A DNA stretch of 64,000 bases, taken from positions 1-64,000 of the IMG/VR virus record IMGVR_UViG_3300028800_000059. The stretch is one strand, 5' to 3'. This document shows, piece after piece, positions 52,573 to 61,380 of this stretch; position 1 is the stretch's first letter, and each line of letters opens with the position of its first letter. Origin of the DNA: a virus. The position numbers and the translations under genes are program-made. Under the pieces are notes generated by a model that made no database searches, had not been told where the DNA came from, and saw only the letters and a program-made list of their open reading frames with translations.

Positions 52573-52797
52573 CTATTTTCCTTTCTTTGGTTTCTCTATT
52601 GGTGCGGCCAATAATGCTTCTAGCACATCAATCTTGGACTTTTGATATAGATACGCTCGACAGACATTGATGGTTTCAACATCATAATTTCCGGCATCAT
52701 CGTCAACTACGGTGCGCGCAAAAACATCAGCGCCGGGCATATCGACATACATAGGAATTTCCAAATACATGTTATTAGTTTTTGCTTTGTCGCTCAT
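52573..52797 (-). CDS. Hypothetical protein
   Basis: ORF track. Confidence 0.5.
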   Translation of the reverse strand: MSDKAKTNNMYLEIPMYVDMPGADVFARTVVDDDAGNYDVETINVCRAYLYQKSKIDVLEALLAAPIEKPKKGK

Positions 52798-53275
52798 TTG
52801 ATTTTAATCCTTCACTCAAAATAATTGTCGCCCATTCAGAAATTCCAGGATTTGTTCGTTCGCGATTTCCTGCAACGTTCAACGTCACAATGCGATAGTC
52901 CTGAATAAATCTCCGTATCAAAAATATGGCTTCCTGTAGATCATAGGTGCGGCGAATTTTCAGAAATTTTCTATCTTCTTCGCAACAATATCTATGGGTC
53001 AGCTTGCAACCAGGCGATCCCAGATCACCCATAATCAACGTGCCATCAGAAATTTTTACGTTCAATCTAGTTCTTGGTGGATACGTTGGCGATGAATGTG
53101 CCAAGAGTCCATATTCTTTTGCGAACTCTGGATTTGGACCTTCGTCGGTCTTAAATCCCTGTGGCATCCAACCACCAGTTTTCAATCCAAGCACCTTGGC
53201 AACTTTCAGCGCAGTTTGATCCACGCCAGTTTGCCCACCAGATACAACTCTTTTAAGGGGCCAAGGTTTAATCAA
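52775..53275 (-). CDS. SLOG-superfamily 'putative molybdenum carrier' protein
   Basis: VVSGGQTGVDQ.AL...GGW.P.G..T..G...Y..RT..NV..SDGTLI...LNVAGNRE. Confidence 0.85.
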   Translation of the reverse strand: MIKPWPLKRVVSGGQTGVDQTALKVAKVLGLKTGGWMPQGFKTDEGPNPEFAKEYGLLAHSSPTYPPRTRLNVKISDGTLIMGDLGSPGCKLTHRYCCEEDRKFLKIRRTYDLQEAIFLIRRFIQDYRIVTLNVAGNRERTNPGISEWATIILSEGLKSNERQSKN

Positions 53276-53610
53276 AATATCTCCAATACCAACTTTTCAT
53301 ATTTGGGTTGCCTTCTGGCATCAATGAATATCTCGACGCAACCCTACGATATTTTTTGAACCCAATAAACCTAAGCCATTTTGGGGTACGCGCATAAATC
53401 CCATATTTAATTTCATCGTCAGTATATGACTTGAACATTGCTCACCATTCGACAAGCCACTGTGGAAATTGTTTTTTGAAAGTAGAATATTCCCAATAAC
53501 TCAAACCTGGCATGATAGATCGAAAACGTCTAAGATTTGATTTGCCTAAAAAAAATCTTAAATACCAAGGAGTAATTTGCCAATGTCCCGTTATTAAATT
53601 CATTCTTTAA

Positions 53611-53639
53611 AGTGTATCACATGTTCTAGTGGTATTCAA
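53611..53639 (-). promoter_or_regulatory. Sigma70-type early promoter
   Basis: TTGAAT-17-TACACT; shares TTGAATACCACT with the promoter at 28203. Confidence 0.65.
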
Positions 53640-53648
53640 CAATTATTT

Positions 53649-53723
53649 TGGACAACCGGGCGGTATCTGCCTCCGCATTTCGGGATTTGCAGTCCCGCAC
53701 ATTTCTAGGTCTGTCACCGGCTG
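53649..53723 (-). tRNA. tRNA-Cys(GCA)
   Basis: CGGGA-CTGCAAA-TCCCG; U73; T-loop GGCAGAT. Confidence 0.85.
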
Positions 53724-53731
53724 GTAGTAGT

Positions 53732-53800
53732 TGATCCTTGGCGAGGAATCGAACCTCGCGTTCTCCCGTCGGCGCATAGCCCACTAATGCTACAAGGATC
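53732..53800 (-). ncRNA. Truncated tRNA-like element (shortened anticodon arm)
   Basis: GATCCTTG/CAAGGATC acceptor, TAGC/GCTA D-arm, CGAGG-TTCGATT-CCTCG T-arm; only 18 nt between D- and T-arms. Confidence 0.5.
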
Positions 53801-53803
53801 AAT

Positions 53804-53879
53804 TGGTGGTCCCAGAAAGATTCGAACTTTCAATAGAGGATTCGTAGTCCTCAGGTTTGTCCAGTTAGCCTATGAGACC
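53804..53879 (-). tRNA. tRNA-Arg(ACG)
   Basis: GAGGA-CTACGAA-TCCTC. Confidence 0.9.
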
Positions 53880-53901
53880 GTATATTTTTACCTGCATAAA
53901 T

Positions 53902-53977
53902 TGGTCTTCCCGCGAGGACTCGAACCCCGAACTGTTCATTAGGAGTGAACCGTTATTTCCAGTTTCACTACGAGAAG
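53902..53977 (-). tRNA. tRNA-Arg(CCT)
   Basis: GTTCA-CTCCTAA-TGAAC. Confidence 0.9.
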
Positions 53978-53980
53978 GTT

Positions 53981-54055
53981 TGGCGATCCCGGAGAGATTC
54001 GAACTCCCACCGCCGGGTTCGAAGCCCGGAATTCTATCCATTATACTACGAGACC
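53981..54055 (-). tRNA. tRNA-Arg(TCG)
   Basis: CCGGG-CTTCGAA-CCCGG. Confidence 0.9.
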
Positions 54056-54060
54056 AAAAA

Positions 54061-54136
54061 TGGCTCCCATCCTACGTACCGCCCGTAGCCAATTCTGATT
54101 AACAGTCAGACCTCGTCGCTTGCTGAGTCGATGGGA
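54061..54136 (-). tRNA. tRNA-Asn(GTT)
   Basis: TCTGA-CTGTTAA-TCAGA; aberrant T-loop GGCGGTA. Confidence 0.75.
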
Positions 54137-54147
54137 ATAATTCTTAA

Positions 54148-54255
54148 TTGCAGGTTGGGCTCGACACCAACTGGCTGCCCCCATCTATACGGTTCTTGTT
54201 TATCAGCCGATTCCCGTAGTCATCGAAGGGTGCGTGTCCATCCACGCCGCTGCAA
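54148..54255 (-). ncRNA. Expanded tRNA-like RNA (Leu-type D-arm, enlarged anticodon loop and variable arm)
   Basis: TTGCAG/CTGCAA acceptor; GCGTGGATGGACACGC D-arm; GGCTG/CAGCC arm; GTTGG/CCAAC T-arm. Confidence 0.5.
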
Positions 54256-54270
54256 ACTCTTTAAACCTCT

Positions 54271-54351
54271 TGGTACAGGTGGCAGGATTTGAACCTGCGA
54301 AGACTCCTGATCCCAAATCAGGCGGACTAGACCAGACTATCCCACACCTAT
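54271..54351 (-). tRNA. tRNA-Pro(TGG)
   Basis: CCTGA-TTTGGGA-TCAGG; CCA. Confidence 0.85.
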
Positions 54352-54377
54352 ACAAAGAGGTCTATGTTTTATTTATA

Positions 54378-54674
54378 TCAATTCTTGAAAATTTTCGTGT
54401 TGCAATCAGGTAAATATGTCTTGGCGAGATACCAAAGGCCACGAGCAATCAACACAAACGCCGACCCAAATAATCCCAAATATCCAAATGCGCCGGCCGC
54501 CAAGCCCTTAAACAATTCACAATATGTCAGGCCTTTGATTAAAGGACCGTAGTTTTTACACCCAACATAACGATCATCAGGAAATTCTAGAATCCAAAAC
54601 CAACGATATAGAAAGGCACCTAACAAACCAGACAGATACCATGAAACAACAAGAATTGCAATATTGATATTCAT
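54378..54674 (-). CDS. Membrane protein
   Basis: Two TM segments. Confidence 0.55.
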   Translation of the reverse strand: MNINIAILVVSWYLSGLLGAFLYRWFWILEFPDDRYVGCKNYGPLIKGLTYCELFKGLAAGAFGYLGLFGSAFVLIARGLWYLAKTYLPDCNTKIFKN

Positions 54675-54907
54675 TATACCACCTTCATTCTCTTTTTAAG
54701 TTCCTGGCGAATATGTGCCGCACGTTCTTTTGCATCGTTGATATAGGCATTCATCGAATGATCGTTTTTGGAATAAACTGGATTGCGTTTTGCGTTCAAT
54801 TCTTCCAATTCTCTGACAAGTTTATCGGTGTCGATTGCTTCCTTTAGCAAATCTTCCGATGCCATGTTCATAAGATCAAGTGTATCAGAAAAACTGCCCA
54901 TGTTCAA
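54674..54907 (-). CDS. Hypothetical protein
   Basis: ORF track; TAATG coupling. Confidence 0.55.
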   Translation of the reverse strand: MNMGSFSDTLDLMNMASEDLLKEAIDTDKLVRELEELNAKRNPVYSKNDHSMNAYINDAKERAAHIRQELKKRMKVV

Positions 54908-55072
54908 ATGATTTTATGGTTCTTGAGGATAATATTTACGGCCCCGGTTTGTCCCAATACCATCAACAAAAATCCAATCAGAACAATTTTCCAATCAGTT
55001 TCAGTGACAAATAATCGAAGTCCCGTTCCAAAGGCACACCAAAGAGCAACAAACCCAAGAAGGGCAACAATT

Positions 55073-55450
55073 TTACTTTTCATCTGCGTTCCTTGTCAAA
55101 AAATTAATCACGTCGGTTGCCGTCATATAACCAAGAGAATTGCTTTCGATGGATTTACCAATTAGATATTCTCGCGGTCCACTGGACATGAATCTCGTAA
55201 TTTCAATTCCCTCAATCCAAATGGTCTGGCCATCCCTCATGACCAATAGATTTGGCAGATATTCTACTTTATTGCGCGTTGACATAAGGTTTGACTTCCG
55301 AACAATCGTGCCAAATCCAAGTGTTAAATCCAGTCTGTCCCATCCATTTTCGATAAATTTCATTATAGGAAGTTTCACATGCCTGGGCAGACATATATGG
55401 TAGCGGCAAAGTGACTGCGCTGCCGCCTGAACCAACACCCAAAAACACAA
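55073..55450 (-). CDS. Hypothetical protein (true start probably MSTRNK)
   Basis: ORF track; the 5' part overlaps the next gene. Confidence 0.4.
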   Translation of the reverse strand: MCFWVLVQAAAQSLCRYHICLPRHVKLPIMKFIENGWDRLDLTLGFGTIVRKSNLMSTRNKVEYLPNLLVMRDGQTIWIEGIEITRFMSSGPREYLIGKSIESNSLGYMTATDVINFLTRNADEK

Positions 55451-55472
55451 TTAAAATCCACGTTGCTATCAT
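55269..55472 (-). CDS. Small secreted protein
   Basis: Signal-like N-terminus and a Cys pair. Confidence 0.55.
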   Translation of the reverse strand: MIATWILIVFLGVGSGGSAVTLPLPYMSAQACETSYNEIYRKWMGQTGFNTWIWHDCSEVKPYVNAQ

Positions 55473-55792
55473 TGTGAGTGTCCTCCTAATTGACTAAATT
55501 GAAACTGATAATATTCCGCATCATGTCTGGCCTGTTTGAGGTCTTTTTTTAATTCATCGATTTCTTTTTTGTAGGCAAGAATCGTCTTTTTCAATTGACG
55601 ATTCTGCCATACCAATCCTTCATCGGGAGGAATGGCATCAATCCTTTTTTCCATAGGATCGATGCCAGTTGATCCATCCGACATAACTACTGTTGAACCT
55701 GATTTGCTGGAGCCTCGTAAGGCAGCGCCAGAATATTTGGTTCCGAATAAACCGGATGTGGCTTCTTGTCCGGACCAATACACATGACCCAC
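55469..55792 (-). CDS. Coiled-coil hypothetical protein
   Basis: ORF track; start likely further downstream. Confidence 0.4.
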   Translation of the reverse strand: MGHVYWSGQEATSGLFGTKYSGAALRGSSKSGSTVVMSDGSTGIDPMEKRIDAIPPDEGLVWQNRQLKKTILAYKKEIDELKKDLKQARHDAEYYQFQFSQLGGHSQ

Positions 55793-56244
55793 GTTCCAGC
55801 CGCCGCTGCCGGCATATTCAATCCATTGGGTTCAGACTGTGGAAGACGAGCCACGCCATAACGCCAGCTATCAGTAGAACCTCCGCCGGATGGCGTCACG
55901 TTGTAATACTGCATACTCTCTGGCGCCGAATATTGAGTAGCATATGGAATTGGATATCCAATTGATTCACAGAGAAACACCAGCTTTCCAGTCATAACAT
56001 TTTCACGATACGACCATGTTGCCAGATCGGCCTGGTCGCGCATTTCGTAAATCGTCTTTAGGAGACGCATTTCACGAAAATGTGTGATATTGGGCATACC
56101 AACTTCCGAGGCAGCTTCGGTCGTAATTCGATTTTGCTGATCACGTTGCAAATCGTTGGCGGTCGGCGTTGGCGTACAAGAATCTGCCGCGCAAAGAATG
56201 AAAGCCATTCCAGCCAGAGCATAACCAAGAGAACGGAATTTCAT
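55687..56244 (-). CDS. Conserved phage lipoprotein-like protein
   Basis: Signal peptide with Cys; IYEMRD, SIGYPIPYATQY..PE, LPQ.EPNGL, GTWVMC, PVY.EP. Confidence 0.65.
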   Translation of the reverse strand: MKFRSLGYALAGMAFILCAADSCTPTPTANDLQRDQQNRITTEAASEVGMPNITHFREMRLLKTIYEMRDQADLATWSYRENVMTGKLVFLCESIGYPIPYATQYSAPESMQYYNVTPSGGGSTDSWRYGVARLPQSEPNGLNMPAAAAGTWVMCIGPDKKPHPVYSEPNILALPYEAPANQVQQ

Positions 56245-56245
56245 G

Positions 56246-56581
56246 TTAGTTCACTCCCTGATCCTGTTTGACTTGCTCATAAAATGCCCGCAAGTCGGGT
56301 GGCATACGAGTTTCATCATAACTAGCGTAGTTGTGAAGGATCAAGGAACCAATCGCTGGCTTATGATCCTTGTCGGCACTAATATATTCTTCCTGCATTC
56401 TTCGAAGGTCCTGCATCATGCCTTCATTATAAGGCGCAGTATTTTCGAAAGTCTTTCGTTGAACATCGGCATATTTTGGCGCGAAATACTGATAGAGGAA
56501 GAAATCATTGCCTTGGAATAACCACGTCATTCCTAGGACAAAAACGATAACTGCTAGAAAGCCTAAAATTCCTTTGAACAT
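56246..56581 (-). CDS. Membrane-anchored partner of the lipoprotein
   Basis: N-terminal TM; VQRKTFE.T..YN.GM.QDL...Q.EY. Confidence 0.6.
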   Translation of the reverse strand: MFKGILGFLAVIVFVLGMTWLFQGNDFFLYQYFAPKYADVQRKTFENTAPYNEGMMQDLRRMQEEYISADKDHKPAIGSLILHNYASYDETRMPPDLRAFYEQVKQDQGVN

Positions 56582-56593
56582 TTTTATCTCCTT

Positions 56594-56779
56594 TTAAAGT
56601 TCTTTACCACTTATTGGTATTTGAGCGCCCCATCGCTTGTAAGTATATGTGAAAGGATCGAAACGGCCATTATACCAACGCTCAGCCCATTCCAGCCAAA
56701 TTCTTTCGCCGGCAAGAGTGGTTACAGGATGCCAAGCAAACCATGGCTGCCAACCAGAATCTTTTTGTTTAAGTATCAT
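56594..56779 (-). CDS. Trp-rich small phage protein
   Basis: WQPWFAWHPV...IWLEW.ER; paralogue of 45876. Confidence 0.6.
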   Translation of the reverse strand: MILKQKDSGWQPWFAWHPVTTLAGERIWLEWAERWYNGRFDPFTYTYKRWGAQIPISGKEL

Positions 56780-57039
56780 TTTTGTTGTGAGTCCTGAATA
56801 ATCAATGTTACTCTTGTCTCAATTAAATCTATATTGGCTTGAAGGCAGTCCGGCATAATCTGTCTTTCTTTAGGCAATTGATTGCATTGATTGACCAAAT
56901 TCTCTAAGTGATTGATTTTATCCCAAAGAATTTCATCAGGGGATTGGATCATATTCCATTTAACTATGCCAAATACCACACATCCTAGAATAACTATGGC
57001 GGCACATAGTCCCAATCCAAACTTGGTATCTGACTCCAT
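56776..57039 (-). CDS. Membrane-anchored hypothetical protein
   Basis: N-terminal TM. Confidence 0.5.
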   Translation of the reverse strand: MESDTKFGLGLCAAIVILGCVVFGIVKWNMIQSPDEILWDKINHLENLVNQCNQLPKERQIMPDCLQANIDLIETRVTLIIQDSQQK

Positions 57040-57279
57040 CTACCAAACACCTTGCAGAACAATATTCTTATCTGCCAGAGCCCGGCCAACGTCTTTCAAG
57101 TCAGCCTTGGCACGACCGATTGCGGCCATGCACTGAGTTGGTGAACCTCTCCAGGCTCGTTTGATTTCTGCCATTTCATCTTCGGAACCTTCTGGTGCCC
57201 GGGCAGCATCCCAGAACCCATGTTCCTCGTACCAATTCTTCACGGCATCCCAGCTTGGGTCAACATGCTTAATCATCAT
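57040..57279 (-). CDS. Hypothetical protein
   Basis: ORF track; AGGAG RBS. Confidence 0.55.
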   Translation of the reverse strand: MMIKHVDPSWDAVKNWYEEHGFWDAARAPEGSEDEMAEIKRAWRGSPTQCMAAIGRAKADLKDVGRALADKNIVLQGVW

Positions 57280-57310
57280 AAACTCCTAATGTTTAATGGT
57301 GGTAAGTGTA

Positions 57311-57844
57311 TCACACTTCTTCGGTAGGTTCAACAGCTAATTCCAACAGATGGTGAAATTCATGACCGTTGCGAATTTCTTCACCAATGGCAATTAATTC
57401 GCCATTGAACCCTAGATACCAATCTGCATATTTCAACATCAAACGATTTGGATGGGCAAGCGGGCGAATTTTAAGAAGATATTTCATCGCCTCGCTCGGT
57501 GGCATTCCATGCTGCGCCATGACAGAAAGAGCAATTGCGGTAGACCTGGAAATTCCTGCCTCACAATTAATTAGAAGTGTATGATTTTCGTGATGGAGAA
57601 TGCCATATGTCCATTTAAGGATTTCGTTCACTTGTTCCTGTGTCGGGGAAAATTCGTGTTTATATTCGATATCATGGAACTTACGAATGATAAGACATTC
57701 TTGAATGCGCGGTGGAATAGTAAAAGACGTTCCAGGATATCCAGGAGTAGTCGGATCGAGCATCGAAAGAAGATGTGTCGGATTCACACTGCCTGCCTTT
57801 GCCAATACTTCATCGCGGCCACATACAAAGATTTTACCCTGCAT
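57311..57844 (-). CDS. Cys-based (PTP/DSP-like) phosphatase
   Basis: LLINCEAGISRSTAIA (CX5R), RP.AHPNRLM. Confidence 0.8.
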   Translation of the reverse strand: MQGKIFVCGRDEVLAKAGSVNPTHLLSMLDPTTPGYPGTSFTIPPRIQECLIIRKFHDIEYKHEFSPTQEQVNEILKWTYGILHHENHTLLINCEAGISRSTAIALSVMAQHGMPPSEAMKYLLKIRPLAHPNRLMLKYADWYLGFNGELIAIGEEIRNGHEFHHLLELAVEPTEEV

Positions 57845-58403
57845 TTTTTAGTGCCTCTTTGAGCGCCTTCAAAAACTTATTGCCTTCTGCGGCGCGTTTG
57901 ATTGCCTTTTCACGATTTTCTGTGTGGATTTTGATATCGTTTTTGGTTCGACGCATTGTTTCTTCCAACCATTCCATTCCACTTAATTTTGTGGGTAGGG
58001 TTGGATGATATTCATATTTTGTAGATTCTTCAATTTGTTGAAGCATGAATTTTCTTAATGCCTCTAATTCCACCGGCACCTTCCAATTCACAACTTTACT
58101 ATTCATATTCTCATATTTTTCAGAAGTGTCGCGGGCATCCAAACAACTTTGTAAATATTCTTTGTATTTTTTCTTGTGGTCTTTTTCGGCTGCCTGTTGA
58201 CAATCGGAAATTGACATGTTTCGACAACGATCCAGCGTCTTTTCGGCTTCGGCAATTTCTTCATCATCCCATGCCGTATCAGCCACGAATTTTTCTGGTA
58301 ATTGATCCATGTCATAGAAAAATGCACATGCCACCTTCGTGGCGTATTGTTTCAATGTTTTGATTCTGCCGTCTTCGATGCCGGCTGTGTATCCTGTTGG
58401 CAT
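57834..58403 (-). CDS. Conserved large-phage hypothetical protein
   Basis: MPTGYTA.I.DG...Y...ACAF...W..P..L..L..FM..QI.ES. Confidence 0.65.
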   Translation of the reverse strand: MPTGYTAGIEDGRIKTLKQYATKVACAFFYDMDQLPEKFVADTAWDDEEIAEAEKTLDRCRNMSISDCQQAAEKDHKKKYKEYLQSCLDARDTSEKYENMNSKVVNWKVPVELEALRKFMLQQIEESTKYEYHPTLPTKLSGMEWLEETMRRTKNDIKIHTENREKAIKRAAEGNKFLKALKEALKNAG

Positions 58404-58404
58404 T

Positions 58405-58617
58405 TTATAATCCCTTTTCTATGATGTATTCGATTGCTTTAGATGCAAAAACGTTTTCAGCATGACCACCCGTGATTCCTGCTAGTTTGCAAGAAGTCGC
58501 ATAGGCCCATGCCGGAGTGATTTTGTTTTGTGAATCCTTAAACAGTCTATCGAATAACTGCAAAGCCAGAGTTACCTTTTCATGGCATCGAGGATCGATT
58601 TCGTGTGTCATTACCAA
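58405..58617 (-). CDS. Hypothetical protein
   Basis: ORF track. Confidence 0.45.
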   Translation of the reverse strand: MVMTHEIDPRCHEKVTLALQLFDRLFKDSQNKITPAWAYATSCKLAGITGGHAENVFASKAIEYIIEKGL

Positions 58618-58632
58618 ACAGTATATGAGAAA

Positions 58633-59235
58633 TTAAAGAGGAATACAACTGCTATCTTTTAGTTGTGTTTCCCATCCATATCTCGCCAACAAATAGGAAT
58701 CGGCTATATCACTCAAAGGCGATGTATCATAAGGTTTTTTGCCTTCATAAAAGAAGGTCTTTGCAAGATCGATGCCAGTCCATTCTTTGAATTTGATTCC
58801 CATGGCGTCTTTCTTACCACCACCAGAACCAGTTGCCCATTTTTTCAATGTTGTTGGAGGCACGTCTTCCCATACAAATTCGTTTTGATGCATGAGATAT
58901 TTTAGGATTGCCGTATTCTCGGCAATATGAAATACCTTTCCGCGAGAGCCCATCGAATATCCTTCCAGAAATATCTTGGGTCGTGTCTCACGCCAGTTAG
59001 GTCTTTCGGCAATGATGCCCATAAACAAACAAGCCAACTCGATATAACGATCCATTGGTGTTTTCCAATTGGGATATGGATGACCAACAAGCTTCTTGTG
59101 CGCGTATTTGCCTTGGTATTTTTCTTTGTCTGTGACGTAATGAATTGTGGTATTCGCCCAGTCATTCCCACCACTTAATAAGGTGAGTGCCGGACATGTC
59201 ATGCTATAATCAAAAGCCGCAATATATGGTGTCAT
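58633..59235 (-). CDS. RuvC/Ydc2-like Holliday junction resolvase
   Basis: AFDYSMTCPA, IFLEGYSMGS.G.VF.IAENT..LK, PPTT.KK.ATG.G..K, DI.DSY. Confidence 0.75.
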   Translation of the reverse strand: MTPYIAAFDYSMTCPALTLLSGGNDWANTTIHYVTDKEKYQGKYAHKKLVGHPYPNWKTPMDRYIELACLFMGIIAERPNWRETRPKIFLEGYSMGSRGKVFHIAENTAILKYLMHQNEFVWEDVPPTTLKKWATGSGGGKKDAMGIKFKEWTGIDLAKTFFYEGKKPYDTSPLSDIADSYLLARYGWETQLKDSSCIPL

Positions 59236-59243
59236 GCATATAT

Positions 59244-61169
59244 TTAGCTTCCTAAATCAACAACCTCACAGGCTCCATCCGATGAACTACAGGCAAATTG
59301 CTGAGCCCCAAGCGTCATATCCGTGGCTTCGTAGTTGGCCAGTTTCTCCCAATCTACATTCTTGGGCATCTTACCAAGCCATTCCTTGTATTCTTTCTCG
59401 GTAATTTCTTGATATGGCATTTGCCGATAGGACGAATCAGAATAAGGCAAGAAAGAAATTCCAGAAATAGAATCAAAATTATTCCACACCCAGGCTGCAA
59501 CTTCTACCCATTCTTCTGGCCGAACATTGATAGTTACAGAAGGCTTGTGTTCACACCAATTATCCTGAAAAGCCTTCCAGAGGGTTAGATGATCCAATGC
59601 CGTTAAATTATCTCTAAAGACTCCTGATTTAGGGGCAACAATAGGGAAACTAAAGACCGAAGTGTATTCAGGTTTGTTGACCTCAGGCTCCCATGGGAAA
59701 CCAGCTTCTTTCATGAATTTGCAAAGCGGGTCTTTATTGTCGGCGCGCACTGTTCGAATATAAAAAGGCGAATGGCGAGGATGCATTCCAGATGCTGAGT
59801 CCACCAGTTGGCTTACAGTGCCGGATGGTTTAACACAAGTGATTGCCACTGATTGATTGATGCCTAGGTCCTTGGCCCATTTCTTGTTTATCTTGATGGC
59901 ATGATCTTTGAATTGTTCGAGCCCACCAAAAGCGGTTTCCGTTAAGAAGGAACAATCAAAAATACCCGTGATCGAAACACCAAGAAGTCTTTCTTCTTCA
60001 CAGTTTTCTTTCCATTTACGAGAAAGATATTTGAAATCTGTCAGAGTGGATTGCCAAGTTCCAAAGATCGTAGCTATTTCAATTTTTTCTTTGAGGGTTT
60101 CTGGCGTATCATCTGGACGAGCCACTACTTCGGACAGATTGCAGAATTGCTTGTTACGGAGAATGATTTCAGAACATGGATTGGTTCCAAATTCCTGATT
60201 AGGGTCGCGTCGGCCATTCTTGGCGGCCTGTTTACGCGCAGCAGCCCGCGAGAAAATTCCGCGTTCGCCTGACTTAGAATTATAGAGCGATAGCCATTCT
60301 TTCATAAACACGCCAACATCTGGCTTGTTTTCCACGACATAAGAAATATTAGCCAAGGCTCTTTGTGCATGATTTTCCCACCAGCGACCACTCTTGGCAT
60401 CGCGCATAAGATCATCATTCAAATCTGAAAGACAGATAAGAGCCGACCGGCGAACACCACCAACAACCACAATTTCAGCGATCTTGCAAACAATATCGTG
60501 AACTTCCAGTGTTGTGAGTTTACGGCCAGCAGCATTTTGAAACGTTTTTACAACGAATTTGAAAAGGTCTTCAAGAGGACCTGGACCAGATGCTCGTCCA
60601 CCAAATGTCTTTAGAGGCGCACCAGCGACACGAAGTTTGCTTGTGTCCCACTGTGGAATTTGTCCACCATAAAGCAAATGAATTATTTCTTTGAGACTTC
60701 GCGCCCAGCCTAATTTGGAATCAGCAACAACAATCGTTGTGTCGGTAGTATGAAAATCTTCGGCCACCACAGGAAGTTGATTGACGTATCTAGTTTCTAC
60801 CGAATAACCAACGCCTGTTCCATTCATCAAAATATAGAGAATTTCATCGAAGGCGCGTGGATTATCAATGGCTGTATAGGAACAATTATAGGCACAAACA
60901 TTTTCACGTTCCAATGCCGTTCCTGCGGTCATTAAACAACGCATGGAAGGCATTACCTTCAAAGTCAGGACAGCATCCTCCAGCCATTTTCGGTCGCGTG
61001 GAGATAGATCGTATTTACAATTTTCTTTTAGGTGTGTCTGGAAAAAATCGAAATATCTTTTAACAGTTTCAGGCCATGTTTCGCGTCTATTTTCATCCCA
61101 AAGCCAACGAGCATATCGCGAAGTATAGATAAAATTTTGATATTCTGTAGGAAGATATTGATTATTCAT
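59244..61169 (-). CDS. nrdJ: Class II (B12-dependent) ribonucleotide reductase
   Basis: YNCSY, LMNG.GVG, VVVGGVRRSALI, TNPCSEI.L...QFCNLSE, TCVKPSGTVSQL, W.EHKPS.T; uninterrupted. Confidence 0.92.
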   Translation of the reverse strand: MNNQYLPTEYQNFIYTSRYARWLWDENRRETWPETVKRYFDFFQTHLKENCKYDLSPRDRKWLEDAVLTLKVMPSMRCLMTAGTALERENVCAYNCSYTAIDNPRAFDEILYILMNGTGVGYSVETRYVNQLPVVAEDFHTTDTTIVVADSKLGWARSLKEIIHLLYGGQIPQWDTSKLRVAGAPLKTFGGRASGPGPLEDLFKFVVKTFQNAAGRKLTTLEVHDIVCKIAEIVVVGGVRRSALICLSDLNDDLMRDAKSGRWWENHAQRALANISYVVENKPDVGVFMKEWLSLYNSKSGERGIFSRAAARKQAAKNGRRDPNQEFGTNPCSEIILRNKQFCNLSEVVARPDDTPETLKEKIEIATIFGTWQSTLTDFKYLSRKWKENCEEERLLGVSITGIFDCSFLTETAFGGLEQFKDHAIKINKKWAKDLGINQSVAITCVKPSGTVSQLVDSASGMHPRHSPFYIRTVRADNKDPLCKFMKEAGFPWEPEVNKPEYTSVFSFPIVAPKSGVFRDNLTALDHLTLWKAFQDNWCEHKPSVTINVRPEEWVEVAAWVWNNFDSISGISFLPYSDSSYRQMPYQEITEKEYKEWLGKMPKNVDWEKLANYEATDMTLGAQQFACSSSDGACEVVDLGS

Positions 61170-61380
61170 GATTGCCTTTTGTTGTTGTTTTTTTTAGAAA
61201 TGAAGGACTATTAGTCGTGGGAAAAGAAAAGTTTGACCATCAAATTTGGTGTTGTATCCAGAGAATGTTTCCATGAAAGAACATCCAGTTACCAACACCA
61301 ATAAGAGGCCGAGGATAAAATTGCGCCACCCTGTGCCGCATAGACTATTGCGAAAATTAAAATACATATGCAGCCCCAAA

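Noticed and set aside
59244-61169. Intein or intron in nrdJ
   Set aside because: Continuous 641-aa frame with no extra insertion or intein motifs visible
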